Assembly: GCA_051117335.1 (NCBI GenBank)
Contig: JBNPEB010000040.1
Location: 55,358-119,357, forward strand
Direction of reading: 5' to 3'
Length of the DNA: 64,000 bases
Origin: Elainellaceae cyanobacterium
Lineage (GTDB): Bacteria; Cyanobacteriota; Cyanobacteriia; CAZCXK01
Shown here in pieces: positions 27,824-37,808 of the stretch. The notes under the pieces are model-generated. The model had not been told where the DNA came from. It saw only the letters and a program-made list of their open reading frames with translations, and did no database searches. Numbering within the stretch: the stretch's first letter is position 1; every line of letters starts with the position of its first letter. Both the position numbers and the translations under genes were made by a program.

Positions 27824-29838
27824 CTGCGATCGACCAGATTCTCCGCAAAGCCATTAATCCATTCGATCCGGCGACGTTTAAGCCCGGCAATTTTTGGTAT
27901 GAGGAGCAAGACCCCACCCTAGAGGTGGAATCAATTCACCACGAGGCGATCGCAGAGATCGAGGAAATATTAGATCAGGTCAGCCGCGATCATCTGACCC
28001 GCACCCTGATGCTATATGGCGATTCGGGGTCTGGGAAGTCGCATCTGCTGGGGCGATTGAAGCGAGTGCTGAATCCGAAGGCATTCTTTGTCTACGTCGA
28101 TCCCTTTCCGGAAAGCGATGCCATCTGGCGACACGTGCTCCGTTATACCGTCGATAGCCTGGTGCAAACTCCCGCTGGGCAACACGAATCTCAATTGCTG
28201 CAATGGTTGAAAAGTTTGTCAGCCTTTCAGAAGGGCACCCAAGCCCGCTGGGATGAGTCAGAACGTCAGCGCTTTATCAACCGACTCAAGCAGCATTATC
28301 CGGCTGGCATTTTTAACGCCACTGAGTTCTTTGGTGTGCTGTATGACCTAATCGATGGCGATCGCTATTTCCTCGCATGTGAATGGCTACGAGGCGACGA
28401 CCTCGATGAAGACGGATTAGAAACATTGGGAGTCCAACGGGCGATCGACTCAGAAGATGCCGCCCAAAAAGTTCTCGCCAATTTTGGCCGCATTGCGGTC
28501 GAAACGCAGCCAATCGTGTTGTGTTTCGATCAGCTCGATAATATCGCCCGCACTCCCGATGGCGCGATCGATTTGCAGGCAATCTTTACGGTCAACGCCA
28601 GCATTCACAATCAGGGTCTGAAAAACTTTTTGGTGATTATTAGCATCATCACTAACACCTGGAAGCACGATGCCGATCGCGTGCAGTCGGCAGACAAAGC
28701 TCGGATTGATCTCACCGTGCCTCTCAAGCCGATTTCGCTTGACCAAGCCGAAAGTCTCTGGAAAACCCGCCTCGCTCCTCTGCATCGGCAGGCTAGCCCT
28801 ACACCTGATTCTCCGATGTATCCGCTGACTTCACAGATTCTTGAGCAGAAATTTCCGGGAGGGAAAACGCACCCTCGAAATGTGTTGGAACTCGGACGAC
28901 GACTGCTCCAGAGCTACAAAACTGGAGCAACGAAAGCAGGTGCCACGGCGGCTGAACAGCAGGAAGATGCGATCGCCTCGTTTAAGCTGGTTTGGCTCAA
29001 CGAATTGAATCGGGTTCAGGAGCGCATTACCCGACTTCGGCAGTTTTCCACGCCTGAGCTGATTCAAATGCTCAAAGAAGTCTTTACGGCATTGCAGGTC
29101 GGAGAACTATATCCGAGATTTTTGCCCAGCCCTACCTATGCGAGTCATTCTTTTAGCTATGAGCCTTACAGAAAGCGCAAGCGCATCGGCATCGCCTGGA
29201 ACGATGACCCCAACATGACAACCTTTTATCACGTCATGAATGCCTGTCGTCGGGCGATCGATGTGGGGTTGTGCAGTCAGCTTTTGCTGATTCGTTCAGA
29301 AGGGACGGGAAAACCGGGACGCAAAGGCTACGACCTCTACAATGACATTTTTACCGGGCGCCCTCACCGTCGAATCTATCCTGATTTAGACTCCATCCAT
29401 CAGCTGGCGACTTATCACAGCCTGGTGAATGCTGCCTATTCGGGGGAACTGGTCGTTGCTGGGGTGGCGGTTGATATTCGATCTCTAGAAGACCTGACGA
29501 GCAAATCAGAGATTTTGAATACCTGTACGCTGTTGCATCAGTTGGGCGTCTTGTCAGGGCGATCGCCCCAAAAGCAATCACCTCCATCCTCAAAGGCTGC
29601 GCCTCCCAACCACGAACCGCTTCAACCCGTGAAAGATTTTCTATTGGACGTGATGAAAACTCAGCGGCTAATGGGACGACAAGTGATGGTGCAAACCGCA
29701 TTAAACCAGTTTAAACATACCTCTCAAAAGCAGGTAAATCAGCTAATTCAGCAATTATGCGATGAAGAACGCATGCAGATTCTTGACCCAACTGCCAAGC
29801 TAGATGAGCAACTCATTTGTCTCACGCCAGCATCTTAA
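27820..29838 (+). CDS. AAA+/STAND-like P-loop NTPase of unknown function
   Basis: Walker A LMLYGDSGSGKSHLLGRL, Walker B IVLCFDQLDN, sensor-1-like IISIITNT, followed by ~400 aa with no recognisable domain. Confidence 0.65.
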   Translation: MTAIDQILRKAINPFDPATFKPGNFWYEEQDPTLEVESIHHEAIAEIEEILDQVSRDHLTRTLMLYGDSGSGKSHLLGRLKRVLNPKAFFVYVDPFPESDAIWRHVLRYTVDSLVQTPAGQHESQLLQWLKSLSAFQKGTQARWDESERQRFINRLKQHYPAGIFNATEFFGVLYDLIDGDRYFLACEWLRGDDLDEDGLETLGVQRAIDSEDAAQKVLANFGRIAVETQPIVLCFDQLDNIARTPDGAIDLQAIFTVNASIHNQGLKNFLVIISIITNTWKHDADRVQSADKARIDLTVPLKPISLDQAESLWKTRLAPLHRQASPTPDSPMYPLTSQILEQKFPGGKTHPRNVLELGRRLLQSYKTGATKAGATAAEQQEDAIASFKLVWLNELNRVQERITRLRQFSTPELIQMLKEVFTALQVGELYPRFLPSPTYASHSFSYEPYRKRKRIGIAWNDDPNMTTFYHVMNACRRAIDVGLCSQLLLIRSEGTGKPGRKGYDLYNDIFTGRPHRRIYPDLDSIHQLATYHSLVNAAYSGELVVAGVAVDIRSLEDLTSKSEILNTCTLLHQLGVLSGRSPQKQSPPSSKAAPPNHEPLQPVKDFLLDVMKTQRLMGRQVMVQTALNQFKHTSQKQVNQLIQQLCDEERMQILDPTAKLDEQLICLTPAS

Positions 29839-30007
29839 ACCCAGCCTAAACTCAGCTTATTGGTAAGGGTTTCTCTATTCGTCGGTGAGTCTAATCGGAT
29901 AGGATTAAACCACAGTTCTTTTTAATGCTTGAGGGTCTAATCCTAGCAGATTTCTTAACTAGGCTAACAATACGCATCAAAGAACACAAAATCGACGTGC
30001 TGTACTC

Positions 30008-31096
30008 ATGGACACTATGTATCGCCAGTCTGGGTTTTCGGAATCTGCGGTCTATCGCATTTTAGATGCCAATCTCGATCGCGCTCGTGAAGGGTTGAGG
30101 ATTATCGAAGACTGGTGTCGATTTGGGCTCAATAGCGCTGCGCTGACAGAGGAATGTAAACATCTGCGGCAGACCTTAGCCCAGTGGCATACCTCCGAAC
30201 TGCGTGCAGCCAGAGATACGCCGGGTGATTTGGGTACTGCGTTGAGCCATCCAAATGAAGAACAGCGTACGAGTCTGTCGCAGGTTCTCCGAGTCAACTT
30301 TGCCCGGTTAGAAGAATCGCTGCGGGTATTAGAAGAATACGGGAAACTGTTTAGTCCTGAGATGGGCGCTGAGTTTAAGCAGATGCGCTATCGGGTGTAT
30401 ACCCTAGAGAGCAAGCTGATGGGGTATGAGCGGCAGCAAAAACTGCTGCGATCGCACCTATATCTGATCACCAACCCTTCTGAAAACTTATTTTTTACGG
30501 TGGATGCAGCGCTCAAAGGCGGCCTAAAGCTGGTGCAATATCGCGATAAAACCGCCGATGATATTACTCGTATTCGCACAGCGAAAGCGCTAAAAGAAAT
30601 CTGTCACCAATATGATGCGCTATTCATCATGAACGACCGCATTGACCTTGCCCTAGCCGTTGATGCAGACGGCGTCCATCTCGGTCAGCAAGATGTGCCC
30701 GTTGCATTAGCACGCCAGCTTCTGGGTCCTCAGCGTATCATCGGGCGATCGACCACCAACCCTGATGAGCTCAACCGTGCCCTTTCTGAAGGTGTGGACT
30801 ACATCGGCGTTGGCCCGGTCTATGAAACACCCACCAAGGCAGGTAAAGCCGCCGCTGGCCACGACTATGTGCGCTATGCGGCTGAGCATTCACCCGTTCC
30901 GTGGTACGCCATTGGCGGCATCAACCCGGATAATATCAATGATGTCATCGCCGCCGGAGCTGAGCGGGTATCGGTCGTCCGCGCTATCATGCAAGCGGAA
31001 AACCCTACTCTTGTGACTCAATTTTTTATCTCTCAGCTCGTTCAGGCACAGACCTTACGGGAGTATGACACCCGCACTCAGCAGTCTCATGTCTAG
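30008..31096 (+). CDS. thiE: Thiamine-phosphate synthase with the cyanobacterial-type N-terminal extension
   Basis: C-terminal TMP-TENI domain (LYLITNP...LVQYRDKTA...FIMNDRIDLALAVDADGVHLGQQD...YIGVGPVYETPTK...WYAIGGIN), preceded by a ~140-aa N-terminal domain. Confidence 0.8.
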   Translation: MDTMYRQSGFSESAVYRILDANLDRAREGLRIIEDWCRFGLNSAALTEECKHLRQTLAQWHTSELRAARDTPGDLGTALSHPNEEQRTSLSQVLRVNFARLEESLRVLEEYGKLFSPEMGAEFKQMRYRVYTLESKLMGYERQQKLLRSHLYLITNPSENLFFTVDAALKGGLKLVQYRDKTADDITRIRTAKALKEICHQYDALFIMNDRIDLALAVDADGVHLGQQDVPVALARQLLGPQRIIGRSTTNPDELNRALSEGVDYIGVGPVYETPTKAGKAAAGHDYVRYAAEHSPVPWYAIGGINPDNINDVIAAGAERVSVVRAIMQAENPTLVTQFFISQLVQAQTLREYDTRTQQSHV

Positions 31097-31316
31097 CAGT
31101 TCACTCACTCATCCAATCACGGTGGAAGTCAACGGAGAATCGCGTCAGTGTTCTCCCCAAACCCGTCTTCCCCAATTCTTAGAGCAGTTAGGACTGAATC
31201 CTAAACTGGTTGCTGTCGAATATAACGGTGACATCCTGCATCGGCAGTTTTGGTCCGATACCGTCATGCAGGATGGCGATCGCCTAGAAATTGTCACCAT
31301 TGTCGGAGGCGGCTGA
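31089..31316 (+). CDS. thiS: Sulfur-carrier protein ThiS
   Basis: ~75 aa, ends in the diagnostic C-terminal GG (EIVTIVGGG). Overlaps the thiE 3' end. The ORF track's upstream start at 31065 is probably not used. Confidence 0.65.
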   Translation: MSSSSLTHPITVEVNGESRQCSPQTRLPQFLEQLGLNPKLVAVEYNGDILHRQFWSDTVMQDGDRLEIVTIVGGG

Positions 31317-31612
31317 TCGATGGGCTAACTGATGGGGGCGATCGCCAACTACCCCAAGTCGGTGCGGGTATCCTCATCAAATCAGGTTTAAGGCTGCGCT
31401 CGGCATTCCTCAGAAGACGATACATTAAGAATGTAACGTTTAATAAACCTTGCTCCACCCATCCGCTAAAATTTAGCTCAACACCACCATCATTGGTAGC
31501 ATTCTCACGCATCGTATCATTGGTATTTTCATTGGCAATTGGCATCATTCGTGTATCGATGCATCGATGTCTGATTGTTGTTGGGCAGCTTTGACAAGTC
31601 TGGATTGAACCC

Positions 31613-32551
31613 ATGCGTAACAAACTCGTTTCTCTAATCAAATCGACTCTTAAACCCCTCATCCTCCTTGGATTGGTCTTTACTCTCGTGTTTAGCCAAG
31701 CAGATTTTGCCCTGGCAGCTAGAGGCGGAGGTCGTATAGGCGGGGGTGGCTTTGGCGCACCTCGGACATTCGTGCGCCCAGGGCCATCAACTCGTTCGCC
31801 CGGAGGTGGCTTCTATCCTGGAGGCGGCATCGGATTTCCGTTCTTGCTTCCATTCTTTGGCTTCGGAGGCTTTGGGGGGCTGTTTTCGATTCTGATTTTC
31901 TTTGCGATCGCCAACTTCCTAGTCCGAAGCTTTAGCAATGCTCAGCAGGGCGGCTATGGCTACAACACTGCTAGCCCAGAGGTTTCAGTGGCTCGCTTGC
32001 AAGTTGGGTTGTTAGCCGATGCTCGTAATTTGCAGGCTGACCTTAATCGCATTGCTGAATCTGCCGATACCGGCTCGAACGAAGGGTTGACTCAAGTGTT
32101 GCAAGAAGCCACGTTATCCCTGCTGCGGCATCCCGAATATTGGGTGTATGCATCATCCGATTCTCGTCAAGCACGGCTAGAATCAGCCGAGACGGAGTTC
32201 AACCGATTGACGCTAATCGAACGCAGCAAATTTAGCGAGGAGTCGATTACCAATGTCAATAATCAGCTTCGTCGTGCAAGCGATCAGGCACGTCTGACTG
32301 GGTCAGACTCCGCACTAGCTGAAGCTCCGGGTGAATATATTATTGCTACTCTGCTAGTTGCAACCCAGGGCAAACTGAAGCTTCCCGCCGTTAGCAGCCA
32401 ACAAGATTTGCGTCGCGCCTTGAGCCAAATTGGGTCGATTTCTAGCGAAGACCTGCTTGCGATCGAAGTCCTATGGACGCCTCAAGCCGAAGGTGAAACG
32501 CTGTCATCGGATGAAGTCGTCGCTGAGTATCCTAATTTGACGCGGCTCTAG
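31613..32551 (+). CDS. DUF1517-like protein (Gly-rich N-terminus, TM, conserved C-terminal domain; FLAP1-like)
   Basis: Signal peptide, GGGxGGGGFG glycine-rich region, TM helix (LFSILIFFAIANFLV), then a ~200-aa soluble domain. The family call is from memory. Confidence 0.5.
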   Translation: MRNKLVSLIKSTLKPLILLGLVFTLVFSQADFALAARGGGRIGGGGFGAPRTFVRPGPSTRSPGGGFYPGGGIGFPFLLPFFGFGGFGGLFSILIFFAIANFLVRSFSNAQQGGYGYNTASPEVSVARLQVGLLADARNLQADLNRIAESADTGSNEGLTQVLQEATLSLLRHPEYWVYASSDSRQARLESAETEFNRLTLIERSKFSEESITNVNNQLRRASDQARLTGSDSALAEAPGEYIIATLLVATQGKLKLPAVSSQQDLRRALSQIGSISSEDLLAIEVLWTPQAEGETLSSDEVVAEYPNLTRL

Positions 32552-32645
32552 TCCGATACTTACATCCGATACTCACAAATCTGAATTGCGAGAACACAAA
32601 GCTGGGATACCATCCCGGCTTTTTTGTTTGGCGGGTCTGATCGAA

Positions 32646-33932
32646 TTATCGATCGCACCGATACCATCGCGCAATGCGATCAATCGGCACCCCCAGCAAA
32701 TATGCGACGATAATCAGTTGATTAATGACGGTCGTTTTGAGAACGCCTAACTTATCCCACCGACGACCTGATGTGATTACGGCTGACGGCGCGATCGCAA
32801 TAGTTCCGAGGGAGTGCAGCCGACGAATCAGTTCAAAGTCTTCCATGATCGGCAAGTCAGGGAAGCCACCTACTTGCTGAAACGTTGACGACTCCAAAAA
32901 AATCGCCTGATCGCCATAGGGAAGCTGAAAAATGCGCGATCGCCATTTGACGCCCCACTCAATTAGGTTGAGTCCGGGAGCCGTGCCATCGATACGAAGT
33001 TGGAATGCACCAGCGATAACCCCCGTTTTTGCTAGCGTCTGGCGAATTTCAGCCGCAAAGCCATCTGGCAAGCGAGTGTCAGCGTGCAGAAACAGCAGGA
33101 TGTCTCCCTGAGCAGCTTGGGCTCCTACATTCATTTGCAAGGCACGCCCAGCTGGTGCAGACATGACGGTTGCTCCGGCATCCTGAGCCACCTCAATCGT
33201 GCGATCGCGGCTGCCTCCATCGACGACGATCACTTCGACATTGGGTTCTGCCAACGCTCCAGCAACGCTGTGACCGATCGTGTGTTCTTCGTTGAGCACT
33301 GGCATGATCACCGATACTGTCTTCGTAGTATCCCAAACCCACAAATCTTCAGGGCGATCAACATCGGTCAAGCGATCTAGGAGGGCGACCGCTCTGCCCT
33401 GCTGATGAGCAATATCCAGCGACTGCTGAAAGACCTTATCCGTACTCCACGGAATATCGCGAAACAGCTCAGGAATCAGACAGCGCAACCCAATCAAATA
33501 GTAGCCCCCGTCGGTTGCCGGACCTAGCACAACATCGTGCGATCGCAGCGCATCAAAGGCTTTCATCAAAATATTGGCATCGACCCACGGGCAATCAATG
33601 CCAATCATCACCACGCGGGTCATGCCTGCGTCGAATGCAGCCCGAAATGCCGCCTCCATGCGACATCCCAGGTCACCGCCTCCTTGCGGATGATAACTCC
33701 ACCCGTGGCCCAACCAATCACCCATGAGATGCTGATTTCCTCCCGAAAATCGCACCTCAACCCCCACCGAACACTGACGGAGCACCAGCTGAATCTGCTG
33801 CATCGTATGTTCGGTCATCTGACGCTGAAGATTGGCAGCGCCTTCGGCCCCGAGCGCCGGAATCAAACGAGTTTTCGTCTTTCCCGGTTCGGGGTATCGA
33901 GTAAAGACGATCAGGCGTGCGGTAGTCGGCAA
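32646..33932 (-). CDS. Fused DUF2064 (TIGR04282-type) / family-2 glycosyltransferase (TIGR04283-type) protein
   Basis: The N-terminal half (LIVFTRYPEPGKTKTRL...VVMIGIDCP) matches DUF2064. The C-terminal half (VSVIMPVLNEEHTI...VIVVDGGSRDRT...LFLHADTRLP) is a GT-A fold GT2 with a DxD-like motif. Confidence 0.7.
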   Translation of the reverse strand: MPTTARLIVFTRYPEPGKTKTRLIPALGAEGAANLQRQMTEHTMQQIQLVLRQCSVGVEVRFSGGNQHLMGDWLGHGWSYHPQGGGDLGCRMEAAFRAAFDAGMTRVVMIGIDCPWVDANILMKAFDALRSHDVVLGPATDGGYYLIGLRCLIPELFRDIPWSTDKVFQQSLDIAHQQGRAVALLDRLTDVDRPEDLWVWDTTKTVSVIMPVLNEEHTIGHSVAGALAEPNVEVIVVDGGSRDRTIEVAQDAGATVMSAPAGRALQMNVGAQAAQGDILLFLHADTRLPDGFAAEIRQTLAKTGVIAGAFQLRIDGTAPGLNLIEWGVKWRSRIFQLPYGDQAIFLESSTFQQVGGFPDLPIMEDFELIRRLHSLGTIAIAPSAVITSGRRWDKLGVLKTTVINQLIIVAYLLGVPIDRIARWYRCDR

Positions 33933-34017
33933 TGGCTCGTACTTATGCGATGCGTCTAGAAAATCATAGAGCGAAGATGCATAATCCGGCTTAGGGAATG
34001 CTGAGAAGATGGCTTCT

Positions 34018-35397
34018 CTACCACGGACTGCCGACCAGCGTGAACGATGCCCAGTAGTATGGGTCAGAAAAATCTAGCGGAGCCGATTGAGCTAATTCGT
34101 CGGATAGGGGAAGCGTCCCGCTGGGGCCTTTAAGCTGAGCATTTTGGATACGAACCTGACCCGACATCAGCGAAAGTTGTGCGCGTCGAAGCGCCTCAGA
34201 TTTGGTTGTGATGTCAGGTTGGCTTAGTTGCCAATAAAACTCACGCATCAGTGCCAAGGTGCCCAAATCGCTCACCCGCCACAAGCTAGCCAGAGATGAC
34301 TTTACCCCGGAGTGGAAGGTAAGTCCGGCGAAGCCGAGTTCGGCTTGCCGATCGCCCAGTGCGGTTTGACAGGCACTCAATACGAGTAGTTCTACCGGAA
34401 GTTCGCTCCAGTTTAGCTGGCGCACTTCGTCAAGGCGCAGGCGATCGCCCTGCCAAAGTTGAATATACGAATTGTCAGGAGTCCCTGAACGAAACGCTGC
34501 GTGGGTTGCCAGATGAACGATTGGGAACTGCCCGGTTTCGAGTTGCTGACGGAGGTTGCTTAACGTAAATTCTTGATTTAGAAACACCTCCCCCGACCCT
34601 ATATCGTTGGCGATCGCACTCAGCTCAAGCGGCACAGCGGGTAACTCCCCCATATCTGGAAATTCTGAAGCCCCCATTGCCAACACGCGCGTCTCTCGAA
34701 CCCCCTGATAGCGCGTGTTGATGAGATTAAATGCAGGAATCAGGCCCACGCTGTAATGCTCCGTTAAAAACTGCTGGCCGTCTGAGAGGGCTGCAATTGG
34801 GAGCGATCGCAGCCCGCCCCCCATACAAAATACCAGCGCATCAACCTCGTGAGCGCGCAGATCGGCCTCCAGGGGCGCGATGATCCAGCGGTAGAGCTGC
34901 TGAGCCGACGCGAGATAGCCTCGGCCTCTCGCTGGACTGGTCACCCGTGATTGCAACTCACGGGCGACCTCCGTGATTTGGTCTTCAGGAATCTCTGGAA
35001 ATGTTTTGCGGATGGGGTCAATCCCCGGAGTCACCAGCACCAGTTCTAACGCAGTCGGATGGGGAAACACATAAATGAGTGCCAGTTGCTTCCCCGTTTG
35101 GCTAGACAGCCGATCGAGAGCTTCGGCAATTTCGTCAGCAGTCAACGAGGGGGTCGATAATCGCCGTCCCAAATAATATTCGTACTGCTGTTTCCAGGTT
35201 TGCTCAATCTCACTAATCCGAGCCCGACTATCCACCGTGGCGATCGCGTCACTGGCGATCGCGTCACTGGCGATCGCATTACTGGCAATAATATCGGCAG
35301 CTCTTTCGGTTGATGAAATCGAAACAAAGGGGCTCATGGCGATCGCCAGCCCAAACCCAATTATCAAAAACAAACATCGTCGAATGAGTGGCATCAT
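34018..35397 (-). CDS. CHAT-domain protein (caspase-like peptidase fold) with signal peptide
   Basis: N-terminal signal peptide, pentapeptide IASDA repeats, and a C-terminal CHAT domain with catalytic His/Cys contexts (HLATHAAF ... LLVLSACQTALGD). Confidence 0.8.
   Translation of the reverse strand: MMPLIRRCLFLIIGFGLAIAMSPFVSISSTERAADIIASNAIASDAIASDAIATVDSRARISEIEQTWKQQYEYYLGRRLSTPSLTADEIAEALDRLSSQTGKQLALIYVFPHPTALELVLVTPGIDPIRKTFPEIPEDQITEVARELQSRVTSPARGRGYLASAQQLYRWIIAPLEADLRAHEVDALVFCMGGGLRSLPIAALSDGQQFLTEHYSVGLIPAFNLINTRYQGVRETRVLAMGASEFPDMGELPAVPLELSAIANDIGSGEVFLNQEFTLSNLRQQLETGQFPIVHLATHAAFRSGTPDNSYIQLWQGDRLRLDEVRQLNWSELPVELLVLSACQTALGDRQAELGFAGLTFHSGVKSSLASLWRVSDLGTLALMREFYWQLSQPDITTKSEALRRAQLSLMSGQVRIQNAQLKGPSGTLPLSDELAQSAPLDFSDPYYWASFTLVGSPW
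35239..35283. repeat. 15-bp tandem repeat x3 (GGCGATCGCGTCACT) inside the CHAT gene, each unit containing a HIP1 octamer
   Basis: Read directly from the sequence: ggcgatcgcgtcact ggcgatcgcgtcact ggcgatcgcattact. On the coding strand it encodes (A)IASDAIASDAIAS. Confidence 0.8.
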
Positions 35398-35500
35398 AAC
35401 AGACTGTTCTCATAAACGTCGTGCCACACCCATCTCTGCCGGAGATTGTTAATCGTCTACGATACTCACGTTGAGAGACATTCTCCATCCTTCTACCAGG

Positions 35501-36436
35501 CTAACTCGACTTCACCCGATCAGAGAATTTTGCCTGTCGGGACGACTCCAGCATCAATCTCAGCCCTAAAATCACTAGCGTTGAACTAATCAATATTGGC
35601 AGCGTGATTGGTTGTCGAAAAAATAAGAACGCTAAAATTGCCACAAAAATCGGCACACATCCATACACAAAGCTCGCCGTTTTCGTCGGCCCAATTTCTT
35701 TAATGCTTAGGTTGTAGAGGAAGTATCCTAACCCAGATGCGCCAATTCCCATGTATAAAATTGACAGCAGCGATGCGGTTGAGACAGCCTGAATTTGTTG
35801 AGATAAATTTTCAGTGGTAGCCAAGCCTAGTAATAGTAGAACACCAAACAGCGCTGAATAATAGGTAATTGTAAATCCAGAGTATTTTCGAGAAAGTCGT
35901 TTGATAATTAGCGCATACACGATCCAGCTGAGCACTGCAAAAAGCATCAATAAATCACCGATATTTAAATCAAGATGAATCAAATTTTTGATATCACCTT
36001 GAGTCAGCAAAACTAAAACACCCAGGCAAGACACGATCACGCCTAAGTAGTTCTTAAATGTCAGCCGTTCTCGGATAAAGATTGCAGCTAAAAAGCCCGT
36101 CAAAATTGGATTGGTTGCGTTGATGATCGCAGTATTAGCAACTGCTGTGTGGCGCAAACTCGAAAAAAAGAAATAATGATAGCCAACCACTCCAAACAGC
36201 CCGAGCAACAAAAATTGGACAATATCTCGCCGATCAATGTGTAACACAGAACCTTTGTAGCGAACTAATAGACTACTTAAAAACAGAAGGGCGATCGCAT
36301 ACCGAAGGAGAGATGTCGTGAGTGGGCCTAAATCCGTAGTTGTATATTTGCCTGCTACAAAACTCCCTGAAAATAGAGCGCTCGTGGCGATTAAGATCGC
36401 TATTTCTTGATACTCAGAAGCAGAGAGCCTAGCCAT
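35501..36436 (-). CDS. DMT-superfamily (EamA-like) transporter
   Basis: 311 aa, ~10 TM helices in two EamA-like halves. Confidence 0.7.
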   Translation of the reverse strand: MARLSASEYQEIAILIATSALFSGSFVAGKYTTTDLGPLTTSLLRYAIALLFLSSLLVRYKGSVLHIDRRDIVQFLLLGLFGVVGYHYFFFSSLRHTAVANTAIINATNPILTGFLAAIFIRERLTFKNYLGVIVSCLGVLVLLTQGDIKNLIHLDLNIGDLLMLFAVLSWIVYALIIKRLSRKYSGFTITYYSALFGVLLLLGLATTENLSQQIQAVSTASLLSILYMGIGASGLGYFLYNLSIKEIGPTKTASFVYGCVPIFVAILAFLFFRQPITLPILISSTLVILGLRLMLESSRQAKFSDRVKSS

Positions 36437-36438
36437 GT

Positions 36439-37368
36439 TTAAATTATTACCGTTGGCTGTCTATTGATTGCCAGTCGCAGCATTGAAAGAGTCAAAATAA
36501 TCAGAAACAAAACAAGCCCAATGGTGCAGGCATAGCTCATTTCCAAATCTTGGAACGCGCTTTCATAGACGTAGTACACAATTGTCTTCGAGCTATTTCG
36601 AGGGCCTCCTTGCGTCATGATATAGACCTCTTCGAAGACCTTGGTTGCAGAAATTGCAGAGATGACGCCAACTAGATACAGATAGGGTCGCATCAGCGGA
36701 ATCGTGATATCCCAATGTTTGAGCCATCCATCAGAGCCATCAATGGCAGCCGCTTCATACAGCTCCGCTGGAATGGCTTGTAGCCCTGCCAGATAGATCA
36801 CCATGTAATACCCCAGCCCTTTCCATATTGTGACGGCCATGACGCTAAACAGCGCCCAATTTGGGCTGGTTAGCCAAGGAATCCCACCTTCAACGAGGTT
36901 GAAGCCCTCCAGGATTTGATTGAGCAAGCCATTTTCGGCATAGATCCATCGCCATGCAATCCCGGCAACGACCATGGAAATCACTACGGGCGTGTAGTAT
37001 GCTGCACGAAACCACCGGATTCCTGGCAAGACCTGATTGACTAAAATTGCCAGCCCCAGCGGGCAGATTACCAAAATAGGCACGACTACTACCAGATAAA
37101 TCACGGTATTCCAGAGAGTTTTCCAAAATACCTCATCTCTTAGCAGCCGTCGAAAGTTCTCTAGCCCAATCCACACAGGCGGCTGGGTAATGTCGAATTC
37201 ATATTGAGTAAAGCTGAGATAAAACGCTCGAACTGCGGGTAAAAAAACAGTTAGTGCGAGAATCAGCAACGCAGGCAGCAAAAACAAATAGGGAGTAAGT
37301 CGAGGCGACCATCGATTCCACCAGCGGCTCAACGGGCGCAATCGATTGAATGCGGATTGGCGAATCAT
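36439..37368 (-). CDS. Carbohydrate-type ABC transporter permease (MalF/UgpA-like)
   Basis: Six TM segments. EAA-like loop AIDGSDGWLKHWDITIPLMRPYL. No cognate ATPase, second permease or substrate-binding protein is adjacent. Confidence 0.75.
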   Translation of the reverse strand: MIRQSAFNRLRPLSRWWNRWSPRLTPYLFLLPALLILALTVFLPAVRAFYLSFTQYEFDITQPPVWIGLENFRRLLRDEVFWKTLWNTVIYLVVVVPILVICPLGLAILVNQVLPGIRWFRAAYYTPVVISMVVAGIAWRWIYAENGLLNQILEGFNLVEGGIPWLTSPNWALFSVMAVTIWKGLGYYMVIYLAGLQAIPAELYEAAAIDGSDGWLKHWDITIPLMRPYLYLVGVISAISATKVFEEVYIMTQGGPRNSSKTIVYYVYESAFQDLEMSYACTIGLVLFLIILTLSMLRLAINRQPTVII

Positions 37369-37808
37369 GAGGCATTCAAAATAGCGGGAGTCAGGGCTAG
37401 CTCATACCAATTCTCGATTTTGGATTTGCGATTTTGGGTTGATGGCCAGCAGCCTTGCAAGGGTTCTGGGCTATTCATTTGTAGCCTTACTTCAAAGAAT
37501 TGGTATCAATACATTCAGCCAACTTATCACGGTTATAGATCTCCAGACTTAGATGTGTGTGTAGAACTCCGGAGCCGCCGAAGTTCTAACCCCCGTCCGA
37601 CGTCCTAGCGCGAGAGCGTACGGCTGTATTAATTTTCCTAAACCATTCGCCTGGGGTGCGAAATCTTAGCGTTTACTGTATAGTACATTTGTATTTAGTA
37701 CTCTTGTATTAATAGCTTAGCTGTTTTCACTCGGCTTCCTGATTCAAGCTTCATAATTCAAGCTGCGCAGGCATCCTGTGGAGTTCATCATCGCGCTAAG
37801 CTCGCACG

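Noticed and set aside
29839-30007. Looked for a TPP (THI-box) riboswitch upstream of thiE
   Set aside because: The CUGAGA and ACCUGAUCUGGAUAAUGCCAGCG-type core motifs are absent. The region has no THI-box-like sequence.
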